A stretch of 64,000 nt of DNA from an uncultured Actinomycetota bacterium (GCA_963751035.1 CAVVSW010000005.1:772784-836783), one strand, 5' to 3'. Positions 40,408 through 50,991 are shown, counted from the stretch's first letter. Program-made: numbers and translations. The notes: generated by a model from the letters alone, not told the origin.

Positions 40408-42444
40408 GTGCCAACGGTGACGGACGCGGTCAAACGGCTGCTCGTCGGCCGGGCCATGCGCAGCGACCGGCTGGGCGAGACCCTGCTGCCGAAGCGGATC
40501 GCGCTGCCGGTCTTCGCCAGTGACGCGCTGTCGTCGGTGGCCTACGCACCGGACGAGATCTTCCTGACCCTGGGCATCGCCGGGTTCGCGGCCTACTCCT
40601 TCTCCTGGAAGGTCGGCCTGGTCGTCGCCGCGGTGATGCTGGTGGTCGTCGCGTCCTACCGCCAGAACGTGCACGCCTATCCCAGCGGCGGCGGCGACTA
40701 CGAGGTCGTCACGGTCAACCTCGGCCGTACGCCGGGTCTCGTCGTCGCCAGCGCTCTGCTCGTCGACTACGTGCTCACCGTGGCCGTGTCCATCTCGTCG
40801 GCCGCGCAGTACGCCGCGTCCACGGTCGATGCGCTGCAGGGCCACGAGGTGACGGTGGCTGTCACGGCGGTGCTCGTGCTGATGGCAGCCAACCTCCGGG
40901 GTGTCCGCGAGTCCGGCACGGCGTTCGCCATCCCCACCTACGCGTTCATCGCAGCGGTCCTCGGGATGGCGCTGTGGGGGTTCTCTCGCTACTTCTTCGG
41001 CAACCTGCCCGACGTGGCGAGTGCGCAGTTCGATCTGGCGGCCGAGCCGGGTTACGAGGCGGGCCTGACTGGGCTCGCCGGCGCGTTCCTGCTGCTGCGG
41101 GCGTTCTCCTCCGGGTGCGCCGCGCTCACCGGTGTCGAGGCCATCAGCAACGGCGTGCCGGCCTTTCGCAAGCCCAAGTCGAAGAACGCAGCCACGACGT
41201 TGCTGCTGCTCGGCACCATCGCCGTGACGATGCTCGTCAGCATCATCGTGCTGGCCAAGACGATGGGCCTGCGGTTCGCCGAGAACGTCGCGGAACAGCT
41301 GCGGCTCGACGGGCAGCAAGGCGTGCCGTTCGAAGGCGACGGAGTGCGCTTCCCCGACGGGACGACCTACGTCCAGGACCCGGTCATCGGCCAGCTGGCC
41401 AAAGCGATCTTCGACAACGTGCCGTTGATCGCCGCGGTGATCACCACGGTGACCGGGCTGATCCTGGTGCTCGCCGCGAACACCGCGTTCAACGGGTTCC
41501 CGGTGCTCGGCTCGATCCTGGCCCAGGACCGCTACCTTCCGCGCCAGCTGCACACGCGTGGCGACCGGCTGGCCTACAGCAACGGCATCGTCCTGCTGGC
41601 GCTGGCGGCGATCCTGCTCATCGTGGCATTCGATGCCGAGGTGACCCGGCTGATCCAGCTCTACATCGTGGGGGTGTTCGTTTCGTTCACGCTGAGCCAG
41701 ACGGGCATGGTGCGGCACTGGACCCGGCTCCTGCGGACCGAGACCGACCCGGCGGCGCGGGCCAGGATGAGGCGCAGCCGAGTGATCAACACGGTCGGCC
41801 TGTCGGTCACCGGCCTGGTGCTCGTCGTCGTACTCGTCACCAAGTTCCTGCTCGGTGCGTGGATCGCGATCGCCGCCATGGTCGTGCTGTTCGCGATGAT
41901 GAAGGGCATTCACCGCCACTACGTCGGCGTCTCCGCCGAGCTCGTCGTCGACGACGACGAGGACATGACGCTGCCGTCGCGGACGCACGCGATCGTGCTG
42001 GTCTCGAAGATCCACAAGCCGACGCTGCGCGCAGTCAGCTACGCCCGAGCGATGCGCCCGACGACGCTGGAGGCGGTCACCGTCAACGTCGACCCGGAGG
42101 AGACCCGGGCGCTGCAGCGGGAGTGGGACCGCCGGGGGATCCCGGTGCCGCTCAAGGTGCTCGACTCGCCCTTCCGCGAGGTCACCGACCCCGTCATCGA
42201 CTACGTCCGCAACGTGCGGCGAACGAGTCCGCGCGACCTCGTGACGGTGCTCATCCCGGAGTACGTCGTGGGCCACTGGTGGGAGCACCTCCTGCACAAC
42301 CAGAGCGCGCTGCGGCTCAAGGGCAGGTTGCTGTTCACCCCCGGGGTGATGGTCACGAGCGTGCCGTGGCAGCTGCGCTCGTCGGCCGGTCGCGAGGACC
42401 GGCCGGAGGGGATCGCTCCCGGCGCCAGCCGCCGCGGCGACTGA
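40408..42444 (+). CDS. APC-family permease with a C-terminal cytoplasmic domain
   Basis: About 12 TM segments, with PVFASDALSSVAYAPDEI at the N-terminus and a soluble tail of about 200 aa. It is divergent from the trkA pair. The start is GTG 40408 or 40378. Confidence 0.8.
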   Translation: MPTVTDAVKRLLVGRAMRSDRLGETLLPKRIALPVFASDALSSVAYAPDEIFLTLGIAGFAAYSFSWKVGLVVAAVMLVVVASYRQNVHAYPSGGGDYEVVTVNLGRTPGLVVASALLVDYVLTVAVSISSAAQYAASTVDALQGHEVTVAVTAVLVLMAANLRGVRESGTAFAIPTYAFIAAVLGMALWGFSRYFFGNLPDVASAQFDLAAEPGYEAGLTGLAGAFLLLRAFSSGCAALTGVEAISNGVPAFRKPKSKNAATTLLLLGTIAVTMLVSIIVLAKTMGLRFAENVAEQLRLDGQQGVPFEGDGVRFPDGTTYVQDPVIGQLAKAIFDNVPLIAAVITTVTGLILVLAANTAFNGFPVLGSILAQDRYLPRQLHTRGDRLAYSNGIVLLALAAILLIVAFDAEVTRLIQLYIVGVFVSFTLSQTGMVRHWTRLLRTETDPAARARMRRSRVINTVGLSVTGLVLVVVLVTKFLLGAWIAIAAMVVLFAMMKGIHRHYVGVSAELVVDDDEDMTLPSRTHAIVLVSKIHKPTLRAVSYARAMRPTTLEAVTVNVDPEETRALQREWDRRGIPVPLKVLDSPFREVTDPVIDYVRNVRRTSPRDLVTVLIPEYVVGHWWEHLLHNQSALRLKGRLLFTPGVMVTSVPWQLRSSAGREDRPEGIAPGASRRGD

Positions 42445-43676
42445 TGACCGAGGAGCCGGACCCTCCGACCCCGCAACCTCCGGTGGCGGTGTCGGTCGTC
42501 GGCGAGTCCTTCGAGGTCGACGTCGGCCCCGTTGCCCACGGCGGCCACTGCGTCGCGCGCCACGAGGGTCGAGTCGTCTTCGTCCGGCACGCGTTGCCGG
42601 GCGAGCGGGTCCGGGTCACCGTCACCGAGGGCGGGGCCACCTCCAAGTTCTGGCGCGCCGACGCGACCGCGGTGCTGAGCTCGTCGCCCGACCGGGTCGC
42701 GCCGCCGTGTCCCTGGGCGGGACCGGGGCGCTGCGGCGGCTGCGACTGGCAGCACGCCGGCCTGTCCGCGCAGCGCGAGCTGAAGGCGGCGGTGGTCCGC
42801 GAGCAGCTCGCTCACCTGGCCGGCATCGAGCGCGACGTGATGGTCGAGGCCGTGCCCGGCGACGTCGACGGCCTCGGCTGGCGAACGCGGATCTCCCACG
42901 CGGTCGACGCCGGCGGACGGGCCGGTCTTCGCCGCCACCGGTCGCACGACGTCGTACGCATCGACTGGTGCCGCATCGCGCACCCGCTGGTCGTCGAGGC
43001 CCGCGTGCCCGACGACCGGTGGCCACCGGAGTCCTCCGTCGAGGTGGCGGCCTCGGTCGCGACCGGCGAGCGGCTGGTGCTGGTCGACGGCGCGCCCGGC
43101 GGAGCGGTGACCGAGGTCGCTGCCGGCCGCGAGTTCCGCGTCAGCGGAGGCGGGTTCTGGCAGGTGCACCCGGGAGCGGCCGAGGTGTTGCTCGACACGG
43201 TGCTGGCCGGCCTGGACCCGCGGCCGGGTGAGTCGGCGCTGGACCTCTACTGCGGGGTCGGCCTCTTCGCGGCCACGCTGGCGCAGCAGCTCGGGCCGGG
43301 CGGTCGCGTGACGGCCGTCGAGTCCGACGCCCGTGCCGTGGCCGACGCCCGGCACAACCTCACCGACCTGCCGACGGTCCGGATCGAGCGCGGGCGCGTC
43401 GACCACGTGCTGCGCCGGCTACGGCTCCGCCGGGCCGACCTGGTGGTGCTGGACCCGCCGCGGTCGGGCGCGGGCAAGGCGGTGGTCGACCTGCTGAGCC
43501 GGGTGAAGGCGCGCCGCATCGCCTACGTCGCGTGCGACCCGGCCGCGCTGGCCCGTGACCTGCGGTGGTTCCGCGAGCGCGGTGGCTACGAGCTGGTCGA
43601 CCTGCGGGCCTTCGACCTCTTCCCGATGACCGCGCACGTCGAGTGCGTGGCGATCCTCGGCCCGGTGGCGCCGTAA
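42444..43676 (+). CDS. class I SAM-dependent RNA methyltransferase (TRAM + RumA/TrmA-like)
   Basis: ATG overlaps the upstream stop. It has a TRAM domain, a Cys cluster (CPWAGPGRCGGCDWQH), a SAM motif (LDLYCGVGLF) and DPPRSG. Confidence 0.8.
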   Translation: MTEEPDPPTPQPPVAVSVVGESFEVDVGPVAHGGHCVARHEGRVVFVRHALPGERVRVTVTEGGATSKFWRADATAVLSSSPDRVAPPCPWAGPGRCGGCDWQHAGLSAQRELKAAVVREQLAHLAGIERDVMVEAVPGDVDGLGWRTRISHAVDAGGRAGLRRHRSHDVVRIDWCRIAHPLVVEARVPDDRWPPESSVEVAASVATGERLVLVDGAPGGAVTEVAAGREFRVSGGGFWQVHPGAAEVLLDTVLAGLDPRPGESALDLYCGVGLFAATLAQQLGPGGRVTAVESDARAVADARHNLTDLPTVRIERGRVDHVLRRLRLRRADLVVLDPPRSGAGKAVVDLLSRVKARRIAYVACDPAALARDLRWFRERGGYELVDLRAFDLFPMTAHVECVAILGPVAP

Positions 43677-43684
43677 CCCTGCCG

Positions 43685-44098
43685 TCAGACCCGCGGCTGG
43701 CCGATGTTGACCATCCACGGGACGCCGAACTGGTCCACGCACTGGCCGAACTCGTCGCCCCACATCTGCTTCTCCAGGGGCATGATCACCTTGCCGCTGC
43801 TGGAGAGCTTCTCCCAGTAGCCGCGCAGCAGGTCGGCGTCGTCGCCGCTGAGGCTGACCGTGATGTTGTCGCCCGGGTTGCGGTCCATCCCTGGCGGGGT
43901 GTCGGCACCCATGATCGTGAAACCTTGGTCCGTCTCGAGCATGCCGTGCATGATCTTGTCGGCAATCGGGGAGTCCGCCTCGCCGTACTCGCCGAAGGTG
44001 TTCAGGGCCAGCGTCCCGCCGAACACCTCCTTGTAGAACTCCATGGCTTGGCGCGCGTTGTCTTCGAAGCTGATGTAGGGGTTGAGTCGAGAGGCCAC
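43685..44098 (-). CDS. VOC-family (glyoxalase/PhnB-like) protein
   Basis: LNPYISFEDNARQAMEFYKEVFGG...IMHGML...WGDEFGQCVDQFGVPWMVN is present. Confidence 0.75.
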   Translation of the reverse strand: MASRLNPYISFEDNARQAMEFYKEVFGGTLALNTFGEYGEADSPIADKIMHGMLETDQGFTIMGADTPPGMDRNPGDNITVSLSGDDADLLRGYWEKLSSSGKVIMPLEKQMWGDEFGQCVDQFGVPWMVNIGQPRV

Positions 44099-44140
44099 CG
44101 GACGCTCCTTCGCTCGTGACGGGTCCAGGTCGCTTGCAGG

Positions 44141-44572
44141 CTACTCCGGCGTTGCGGCGATCATCGTGGCCTGCACCAGCGCCACCTGCTTGTCCGGCCG
44201 GCCCTCGGCGAGCGCGAACACCTCGCCGCTGCACACGGTCAGAGTGCGACCGGACCGTACGACGGTGCCCACCGCCCGGAACCGGTCGCCCACCGCCGGG
44301 GCCAGCAGGTTCACCTTGAACTCGACGCTCAGGACGTCGCTGCCGGGCGCCATCAGGGTGAGGGCGGCGTAGCCGCACGCGGAGTCGGCGACCGAGGTCA
44401 CGACACCGGCGTGCAGGAACCCGTTCTGCTGGCACAGGTCCTCGCGGAACGGCATCTCGAGCACGACGCGACCCGGGGAGATCTCGACCGGCTCCGCACC
44501 GAGCAGGGTCATGAAGGACTGCCGGGACAGGCTGGCGCGGATGTCGGCGGCATCGATGGTCACCCGCGACAT
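44141..44572 (-). CDS. PaaI-family thioesterase
   Basis: [21 protein letters not shown] is present. I prefer ATG 44572 because the upstream part of the ORF (to 44620) covers an AT-rich promoter-like stretch. Confidence 0.7.
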   Translation of the reverse strand: MSRVTIDAADIRASLSRQSFMTLLGAEPVEISPGRVVLEMPFREDLCQQNGFLHAGVVTSVADSACGYAALTLMAPGSDVLSVEFKVNLLAPAVGDRFRAVGTVVRSGRTLTVCSGEVFALAEGRPDKQVALVQATMIAATPE

Positions 44573-44599
44573 CCTGCCGCACGCCGTGGGGATGGCCCG

Positions 44600-44628
44600 T
44601 TGAAAGTATCTCGACATCAAGATATATT
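44600..44628 (+). promoter_or_regulatory. sigma-70/HrdB-type promoter candidate for acnA
   Basis: TTGAAA (44600-05), a 17-nt spacer and TATATT (44623-28) form an isolated AT-rich patch about 68 nt upstream of GTG 44696. The spacer contains the inverted repeat TATCT-N8-AGATA. Confidence 0.5.
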
Positions 44629-44695
44629 GGACGGGAGCCGCCCGAGGCGTGCGCAGGGCCTCGCGGCAGGATGGTGGCGACGAGAGGAGCGGGTC

Positions 44696-47512
44696 GTGGG
44701 CGACAACGGGAATGCAAACTCAGGCAGCAGCGCGAGGGGCGGCAGCACAGACAGCTTCGGCGCGAAGGGTGAGCTGCGGGTCGGCGACACGTCGTACCAG
44801 ATCTATCGCCTCGACCAGGTGGACGGAAGCGACAAGCTCCCGTTCTCGCTGAAGATCCTGCTGGAGAACCTGCTCCGCACCGAGGACGGCGCCAACATCA
44901 CGGCCGACCACGTCCGCGCCATCGCCGCGTGGGACCCGACGGCCGAGCCGGACACCGAGATCCAGTTCACCCCCGCCCGTGTCGTCATGCAGGACTTCAC
45001 CGGCGTCCCGTGCATCGTCGACCTGGCCACGATGCGCGAGGCGATGCAGGAGCTCGGCGGTGACGCCGACAAGATCAACCCGTTGGCGCCGGCCGAGCTG
45101 GTCATCGACCACTCGGTGATCGCTGACCTGTTCGGCGCCCCCGACTCCTTCGCGCGCAACGTCGAGCTCGAGTACGAGCGCAACACCGAGCGCTACCAGT
45201 TCCTGCGCTGGGGGCAGACGGCGTTCGACGACTTCAAGGTGGTGCCGCCGGGCACCGGGATCGTGCACCAGGTCAACATCGAGTACCTCGCCCGGGTCGT
45301 GTTCGACCGGGACGGCGTCGCCTACCCCGACACGCTGGTCGGCACCGACTCGCACACCACGATGGTCAACGGGCTCGGCGTCCTCGGGTGGGGCGTCGGC
45401 GGCATCGAGGCAGAGGCGGCCATGCTCGGTCAGCCGGTCTCGATGCTGATCCCGAAGGTCGTCGGCTTCAAGCTCGTCGGTGAGCTGCCGGAGGGCGCCA
45501 CCGCGACCGACCTGGTCCTCACCATCACCGAGATGCTTCGCGAGCGGGGGGTCGTCGGGAAGTTCGTCGAGTTCTACGGCGAAGGTGTCGCTGCGGTGCC
45601 GCTGGCCAACCGCGCCACCATCGGCAACATGAGCCCGGAGTACGGCTCGACCGTCGCCATCTTCCCGATCGACGACGAGACGATCCGCTACCTGCGGATG
45701 ACCGGCCGCGAGGAGCAGCAGGTCGCGCTGGTCGAGGCCTACGCGAAGGCGCAGGGGCTCTGGCACGACCCGAAGGCCGAGCCGGCATTCAGCGAGACGA
45801 TCGAGCTCGACCTCTCGTCGGTGGTCCCGTCGATCGCCGGGCCGAAGCGGCCACAGGACCGGATCTCGCTGGCCGACGCGAAGGCCGGCTTCCGCAACGC
45901 CCTCGCCGACTACGCGGTCGGTGACGCCGACGAGCACTCGGGCGTCGACGAGTCGTCCGACGAGTCCTTCCCGGCCAGCGACGCACCGGCCTACCACGGC
46001 GACAACGGGAGCGGCGCACCGCGCAGTGCACCCGACCACGGTGAGGTGCGTCGCCCGTCCAACCCCGCGAAGGTCAGCCTCGACGGGCAGGAGTTCGAGG
46101 TCGACCACGGTCACGTCGTGATCGCGGCCATCACCTCGTGCACGAACACGTCGAACCCGACGGTGATGATCGGCGCTGCCCTGCTGGCGAAGAAGGCGGT
46201 CGAGCGGGGTCTGGAGCGAAAGCCCTGGGTGAAGACGACGCTGGCCCCCGGCTCGAAGGTCGTCATGGACTACTACGAGCGGGCCGGGCTCACGCCCTAC
46301 CTGGACAAGCTCGGGTTCAACCTCGTCGGCTACGGGTGCACGACGTGCATCGGCAACTCCGGGCCGCTGCAGGAGCCGATCAGCAAGGGGGTGAACGACA
46401 ACGACCTCGCCGTGGTGTCGGTGCTCTCGGGCAACCGGAACTTCGAGGGCCGGATCAACCCTGACGTCAAGATGAACTACCTGATGTCGCCGCCGCTCGT
46501 CGTTGCCTACGCGCTCGCTGGCTCGATGGACCTCGACATCACCACCGAGGCGCTGGGCACGGACAGCGACGGCAAGGACGTCTTCCTCAAGGACATCTGG
46601 CCCTCGAGCCAGGAGATCCAGGAGGTCGTCGACTCGGCGGTGCGCTCGGAGATGTTCAGCCGCGACTACGCCGACGTGTTCGCCGGCGACGAGACCTGGC
46701 AGAACCTGCCCACGCCGACCGGCAGCACGTTCGAGTGGGACGCCGACTCGACCTACGTGCGCAAGCCGCCCTACTTCGACGGGATGCCGGCCGAGCCCGC
46801 ACCGGTCACGGACATCGAGGATGCTCGGGTGTTGGCAGTGCTCGGCGACTCGGTCACCACCGACCACATCTCGCCGGCGGGCTCGATCAAGGCCGACTCG
46901 CCGGCCGGCGCCTACCTGCAGGAGCACGGCGTGGACCGCCGCGACTTCAACTCCTACGGGTCGCGCCGCGGCAACCACGAGGTCATGATCCGGGGGACGT
47001 TCGCCAACATCCGGCTGCGCAACCAGCTCGCTCCCGGCACCGAGGGCGGGGTCACCCGCCACCTTCCGGACGGCGAGGAGATGAGCATCTACGACGCCTC
47101 GAGCCGCTACCAGGCCGACGGGGTGCCGCTGGTGGTGCTGGCCGGCAAGGAGTACGGCTCGGGGTCCTCGCGCGACTGGGCCGCGAAGGGCACCGCGCTG
47201 CTCGGCGTACGCGCTGTCATCGCCGAGTCCTACGAGCGCATCCACCGGTCGAACCTGATCGGCATGGGTGTGCTGCCGCTGCAGTACGCCGAGGGCGACT
47301 CGGCGGAGTCGCTCGGGCTCACCGGTGAGGAGACGTTCAGCGTGACCGGCGTGACAGCACTCAACGACGGTGCGTCGCCGCGGGAGGTGACCGTGCGCGC
47401 CGACGACAAGGAGTTCCAGGTGCGGCTGCGCATCGACACCCCGGGGGAGGCGGACTACTACCGCCACGGCGGCATCATGCAGTTCGTGCTGAGGTCGCTG
47501 CTGCGGGGCTGA
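44696..47512 (+). CDS. acnA: aconitate hydratase A
   Basis: GTG follows [63 protein letters not shown] and RGNHEVM are present. Confidence 0.95.
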   Translation: MGDNGNANSGSSARGGSTDSFGAKGELRVGDTSYQIYRLDQVDGSDKLPFSLKILLENLLRTEDGANITADHVRAIAAWDPTAEPDTEIQFTPARVVMQDFTGVPCIVDLATMREAMQELGGDADKINPLAPAELVIDHSVIADLFGAPDSFARNVELEYERNTERYQFLRWGQTAFDDFKVVPPGTGIVHQVNIEYLARVVFDRDGVAYPDTLVGTDSHTTMVNGLGVLGWGVGGIEAEAAMLGQPVSMLIPKVVGFKLVGELPEGATATDLVLTITEMLRERGVVGKFVEFYGEGVAAVPLANRATIGNMSPEYGSTVAIFPIDDETIRYLRMTGREEQQVALVEAYAKAQGLWHDPKAEPAFSETIELDLSSVVPSIAGPKRPQDRISLADAKAGFRNALADYAVGDADEHSGVDESSDESFPASDAPAYHGDNGSGAPRSAPDHGEVRRPSNPAKVSLDGQEFEVDHGHVVIAAITSCTNTSNPTVMIGAALLAKKAVERGLERKPWVKTTLAPGSKVVMDYYERAGLTPYLDKLGFNLVGYGCTTCIGNSGPLQEPISKGVNDNDLAVVSVLSGNRNFEGRINPDVKMNYLMSPPLVVAYALAGSMDLDITTEALGTDSDGKDVFLKDIWPSSQEIQEVVDSAVRSEMFSRDYADVFAGDETWQNLPTPTGSTFEWDADSTYVRKPPYFDGMPAEPAPVTDIEDARVLAVLGDSVTTDHISPAGSIKADSPAGAYLQEHGVDRRDFNSYGSRRGNHEVMIRGTFANIRLRNQLAPGTEGGVTRHLPDGEEMSIYDASSRYQADGVPLVVLAGKEYGSGSSRDWAAKGTALLGVRAVIAESYERIHRSNLIGMGVLPLQYAEGDSAESLGLTGEETFSVTGVTALNDGASPREVTVRADDKEFQVRLRIDTPGEADYYRHGGIMQFVLRSLLRG

Positions 47513-47613
47513 AACCGGCGCAGATGGCGGGGCAACCGGCGAGTCCGGAGCAAATCGGACGTGTCGTCGCTGTTACGCGATTGTGACTGCCACAAGTCCC
47601 GCGAGAGGTCTAC

Positions 47614-47628
47614 GTTGTCGACGACAAC
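47614..47628. promoter_or_regulatory. perfect palindrome GTTGTCG-A-CGACAAC upstream of the sugar ABC operon (candidate operator)
   Basis: Read directly. It lies 56 nt upstream of ATG 47684. A second small inverted repeat, TTGTG-N5-CACAA, lies at 47581-95. Confidence 0.35.
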
Positions 47629-47683
47629 ATACCGCCGAGGCCGTGTCAGGCCCGCCGGTTCCCCAGCGGAAGGCACTCTCGCT

Positions 47684-48783
47684 ATGCGAATCAGAACGAC
47701 TGCGGTCGCCGGCCTGGCGGTTCTCGCCCTCGCCCTCACGGCCTGCGGCGGTGACGACAGCGGCGACTCCGGTGACACGAGCTCCGAGAAGGCAAAGATC
47801 GGCGTGATCCTGCCCGACGCGGCCACGTCGCCGCGCTGGGAGAACAACGACCGGCCGGCCCTGAAGAAGTCGATCGAGGCCGCTGGCTACGAGGCGATCA
47901 TCCAGAACGCGTCCAAGGAGGTCACCAAGTTCACCTCGCTGTGCGACTCGATGATCAACCAGAGCGTGGCGTCCTGATGATCGTCAACCTCGACTCCGAG
48001 AGCGGCGCGGCCTGCGAGAAGAAGGCCAAGGACGCCGGTATCCCGAGCATCGACTATGACCGCCTGACGCTGGGTGGATCGGCCGACTACTACGTCTCGT
48101 TCGACAACGTCCAGGTCGGCAAGCTGATGGGCGACGGCCTCGCTGCGTGCCTCGACAAGGCAGGCAAGACCACGGCGAACATCGTCTACATCAACGGTGA
48201 CCCGACCGACAACAACGCCGCGCTGTTCAAGCTGGGCTACGCCGGCGCACTGAAGCCGAAGATCGACTCCGGCGACTACAAGCTGGTCGGCGACCAGACC
48301 GGCAAGTGGGACGCAACCGTTGCGCAGACCACGTTCGAGCAGCTGTTCACCCAGAACGGCGGCAAGGTCGACGGCGTCGTGTCCGCCAACGACACGATGG
48401 CCGGCGGCATCGTCACGGTGCTCAACAACAACAAGCTGGCCGGCAAGGTCCCGGTCACGGGCCAGGACGCGTCGGACGAGGGCCTGCAGCGCGTGATCGC
48501 CGGCACCCAGTGCGGCACCGTCTTCAAGGACGTCAACCTCGAGGCAGAGGCCGCCGCGAAGCTGGCGATCGCGATCGTCAAGGACGACGGCTCGGCCGAA
48601 GACCTGGTCAACGGCGAGGTTGACGACACCGAGGCCAACAAGAAGGTCAGGTCGGTGTTCGCGACCCCGGTGTGGATCACCCAGGAGAACATCAAGGAGC
48701 CGTTCGACGCCGGCTACACCACCGTGGAGAAGGTGTGCACCGGCGACTTCGCAGCCGCCTGCACCAAGCTCGGTCTGTCCTAG
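47684..48783 (+). pseudogene. sugar (xylose-type) ABC transporter substrate-binding lipoprotein, one frame break
   Basis: It has a lipobox (LALTAC). KIGVILPDAATSPRWENNDRPALKKSIEAAG...SMINQSV is followed in the -1 frame by GVLMIVNLDSESG...VTGQDAS. The jump is near 47966-47970. Confidence 0.8.
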
Positions 48784-48787
48784 TCAG

Positions 48788-48826
48788 CAGCACAGGGGCC
48801 CGGTCCCGGACCGGGCCCCTGTGCTG
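48788..48826 (+). other. intercistronic 18-bp perfect stem-loop
   Basis: CAGCACAGGGGCCCGGTC / CCG / GACCGGGCCCCTGTGCTG. It begins 5 nt after the substrate-binding-protein stop and has no U-tract. Confidence 0.6.
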
Positions 48827-48855
48827 ACCGAACCCAAACGGCGCGGCGAGGTGCC

Positions 48856-49728
48856 ATGACAGCGACGACGACAGAGGCGGGTACCGAGCCGCCGACCAAC
48901 GGGCAGCCCCTGCTCGAGCTGCGCGGGGTCAACAAGAGCTTCGGTCCGGTCCAGGTCCTGCACGACGTGGACCTCACCGTGCGACTCGGGCGGGTCACCG
49001 CGCTCGTCGGGGACAACGGTGCCGGCAAGAGCACCCTGATCAAGGGCATTGCCGGCATCCACGCGTTCGACCACGGCGACTACGTGTTCGAGGGTCAGTC
49101 GGTCGCGGTCCACAACCCCAAGCAGGCCAACGCGCTGGGCATCGAGGTCGTCTACCAGGACCTCGCTCTGTGCGACAACCTCGACATCGTCGAGAACCTC
49201 TACCTCGGCCGGGAGGAGCTCAGCTCCGGCTTCCTGGACGAGATCGCGATGGAGCAGCGGGCGGCCGCGACCCTGGCGGGGCTGTCGGTCCGGACGGTGA
49301 AGTCGGTCCGGCAGAAGGTCGCCAGCCTGTCCGGCGGTCAGCGCCAGACGGTGGCGATCGCGCGGGCTGTGCTGTGGAACTCCAAGCTGGTGATCCTGGA
49401 CGAGCCAACTGCCGCGCTCGGTGTCGCGCAGACCGAGCAGGTGCTCCGGCTGGTGCGCCGGCTCGCCGACCGCGGGCTTGCCGTGATTCTGATCAGCCAC
49501 AACATGAACGACGTCCTGGCCGTGGCCGACGACATCGCCGTCCTGTACCTGGGTCGCCTCACCGCGCAGGTCGAGGCCTCGGACGTGTCGCACTCGGAGG
49601 TCGTCCAGCTCATCACCGGCGGGACCCTCGTGGAGAGGGGCGGACAGGTCGTGGTCACCGACCCGCACGAGGCGAGCGCTGACTCTGACAACGAGGTTGC
49701 ACGTCCGGAGCCGGAGGAGCAGTCATGA
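48856..49728 (+). CDS. sugar ABC transporter ATP-binding protein (single ABC domain)
   Basis: It has Walker A (GDNGAGKST), the signature motif (LSGGQRQ) and Walker B (LVILDEPTAAL). Confidence 0.88.
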   Translation: MTATTTEAGTEPPTNGQPLLELRGVNKSFGPVQVLHDVDLTVRLGRVTALVGDNGAGKSTLIKGIAGIHAFDHGDYVFEGQSVAVHNPKQANALGIEVVYQDLALCDNLDIVENLYLGREELSSGFLDEIAMEQRAAATLAGLSVRTVKSVRQKVASLSGGQRQTVAIARAVLWNSKLVILDEPTAALGVAQTEQVLRLVRRLADRGLAVILISHNMNDVLAVADDIAVLYLGRLTAQVEASDVSHSEVVQLITGGTLVERGGQVVVTDPHEASADSDNEVARPEPEEQS

Positions 49729-50983
49729 CGCTCCCCGACGAGGTCGACGAGGTACCCCCTGCTCCCCGGGTGACCCTTGCCGATGCGGCGAGGGAATATG
49801 TCTCGCGGGTCCGGGGCGGTGACGTCGGACCCCTCCCCGCCGTCCTCGGCCTGGTCGTGCTGCTGATCGTGTTCTCCGTCGCTGCGGCCGGAGACGTTCA
49901 CCAACTCGTTCAACTTCGCCAACCTGCTGATCCAGAGCTCGCCGGTCATCGTCATCGCGATGGGGCTGGTGTTCGTCCTGCTCATCGGCGAGATCGACCT
50001 GTCGGCGGGCTACACCGCGGGTGTGGCCGCGGCGATGCTGGGTGTTGCCACGACCCGCCACGACTGGCCGTGGTGGGTCGGCGTCCTCGTGTGCCTGGGC
50101 ACCGGCGCGTTGATCGGGCTGGTGAACGGCTTCCTGGTCTCCCGGGTGGGGATCCCGTCGTTCGTCGTGACCCTGGCCTTCTTGCTGGGCCTGCAGGGGC
50201 TCCTGCTCCAGATCATCGGTGAGGGCGGCACGATCCGGATCCGCAGCGAGACCGTGCTGGCGATCATGTCCAAGACCCTGCCCGTCTGGCTCGGCTGGAC
50301 CTTGTTCGCCGTCCTGGTGCTCGCCTATGCCCTGGTTTCCTACCGCCAGCTGGCCAACCGCCGATCCCGTGGGCTGGTGGCCCAGCCGCAATCCGTCTGG
50401 CTGGCCAAGGTGATCGGTCTGGCCGTGCATGCTCGGGATCTGCACCTACTACCTGAACCTCGAGCGCAGCCGGAACACGGCCGTCACCTCGATCAAGGGC
50501 ATCCCCATCGTCATCCCCGTCGTGCTCTTCCTGCTCCTGCTCTTCACGATGCTGCTCACCAAGACGCTGTTCGGCCGGCACGTCTACGCCGTCGGCGGCA
50601 ACGCTGAGGCGGCCCGGCGGGCCGGCATCAACGTGGCGCGGATCCGGCTGCTCTGCTTCGTGATCTGCTCGACGATCGCCGCGATCGCCGGGGTGCTGCT
50701 CGCCAGCCGGGTGAACTCGGTGACCCCCTCGACCGGTGGTGGCGAGACGCTGCTGTACGCGGTGGGCGCTGCCGTCATCGGTGGCACCAGTCTGTTCGGC
50801 GGCAAGGGCAAGCCGGTGGACGCGATCATCGGCGGTCTGGTGGTCGCGATCGTGGCGAACGGAATGGGCCTGCTCAACCAGCCCGCCGCTGTCGTCTACA
50901 TGGTCACCGGCCTGGTCCTGCTGCTCGCCGCGGGTGTCGATGCGCTGTCCCGGCGACGTGCCGCGGCATCGGGGCGGGCGTAG
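49725..50983 (+). pseudogene. sugar ABC transporter permease (XylH-like), two +1 frame breaks
   Basis: Three consecutive ORFs (49725-, 49960-, 50429-50983) join into one permease: ...IVFSVAAA|ETFTNSFNFANLLIQSSPVIVIAMG...KVIGLAV|MLGICTYYLN...GGTSLFGGKG. The jumps are near 49889-92 and 50426-28. Confidence 0.8.
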
Positions 50984-50991
50984 CGGCCGGT

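Noticed and set aside
44720-47467. 915-aa ORF on the minus strand, antisense to acnA. Similar long antisense or off-frame ORFs include 12168-13844, 12202-13494, 34198-36204, 40393-42297, 52881-54707, 56558-58666 and 1703-2887.
   Set aside because: They have Arg/Pro/Gly/Ala-rich low-complexity translations and no recognisable motifs. Each lies opposite a gene with unambiguous family signatures. This is the typical stop-codon-poor artefact of high-GC DNA.
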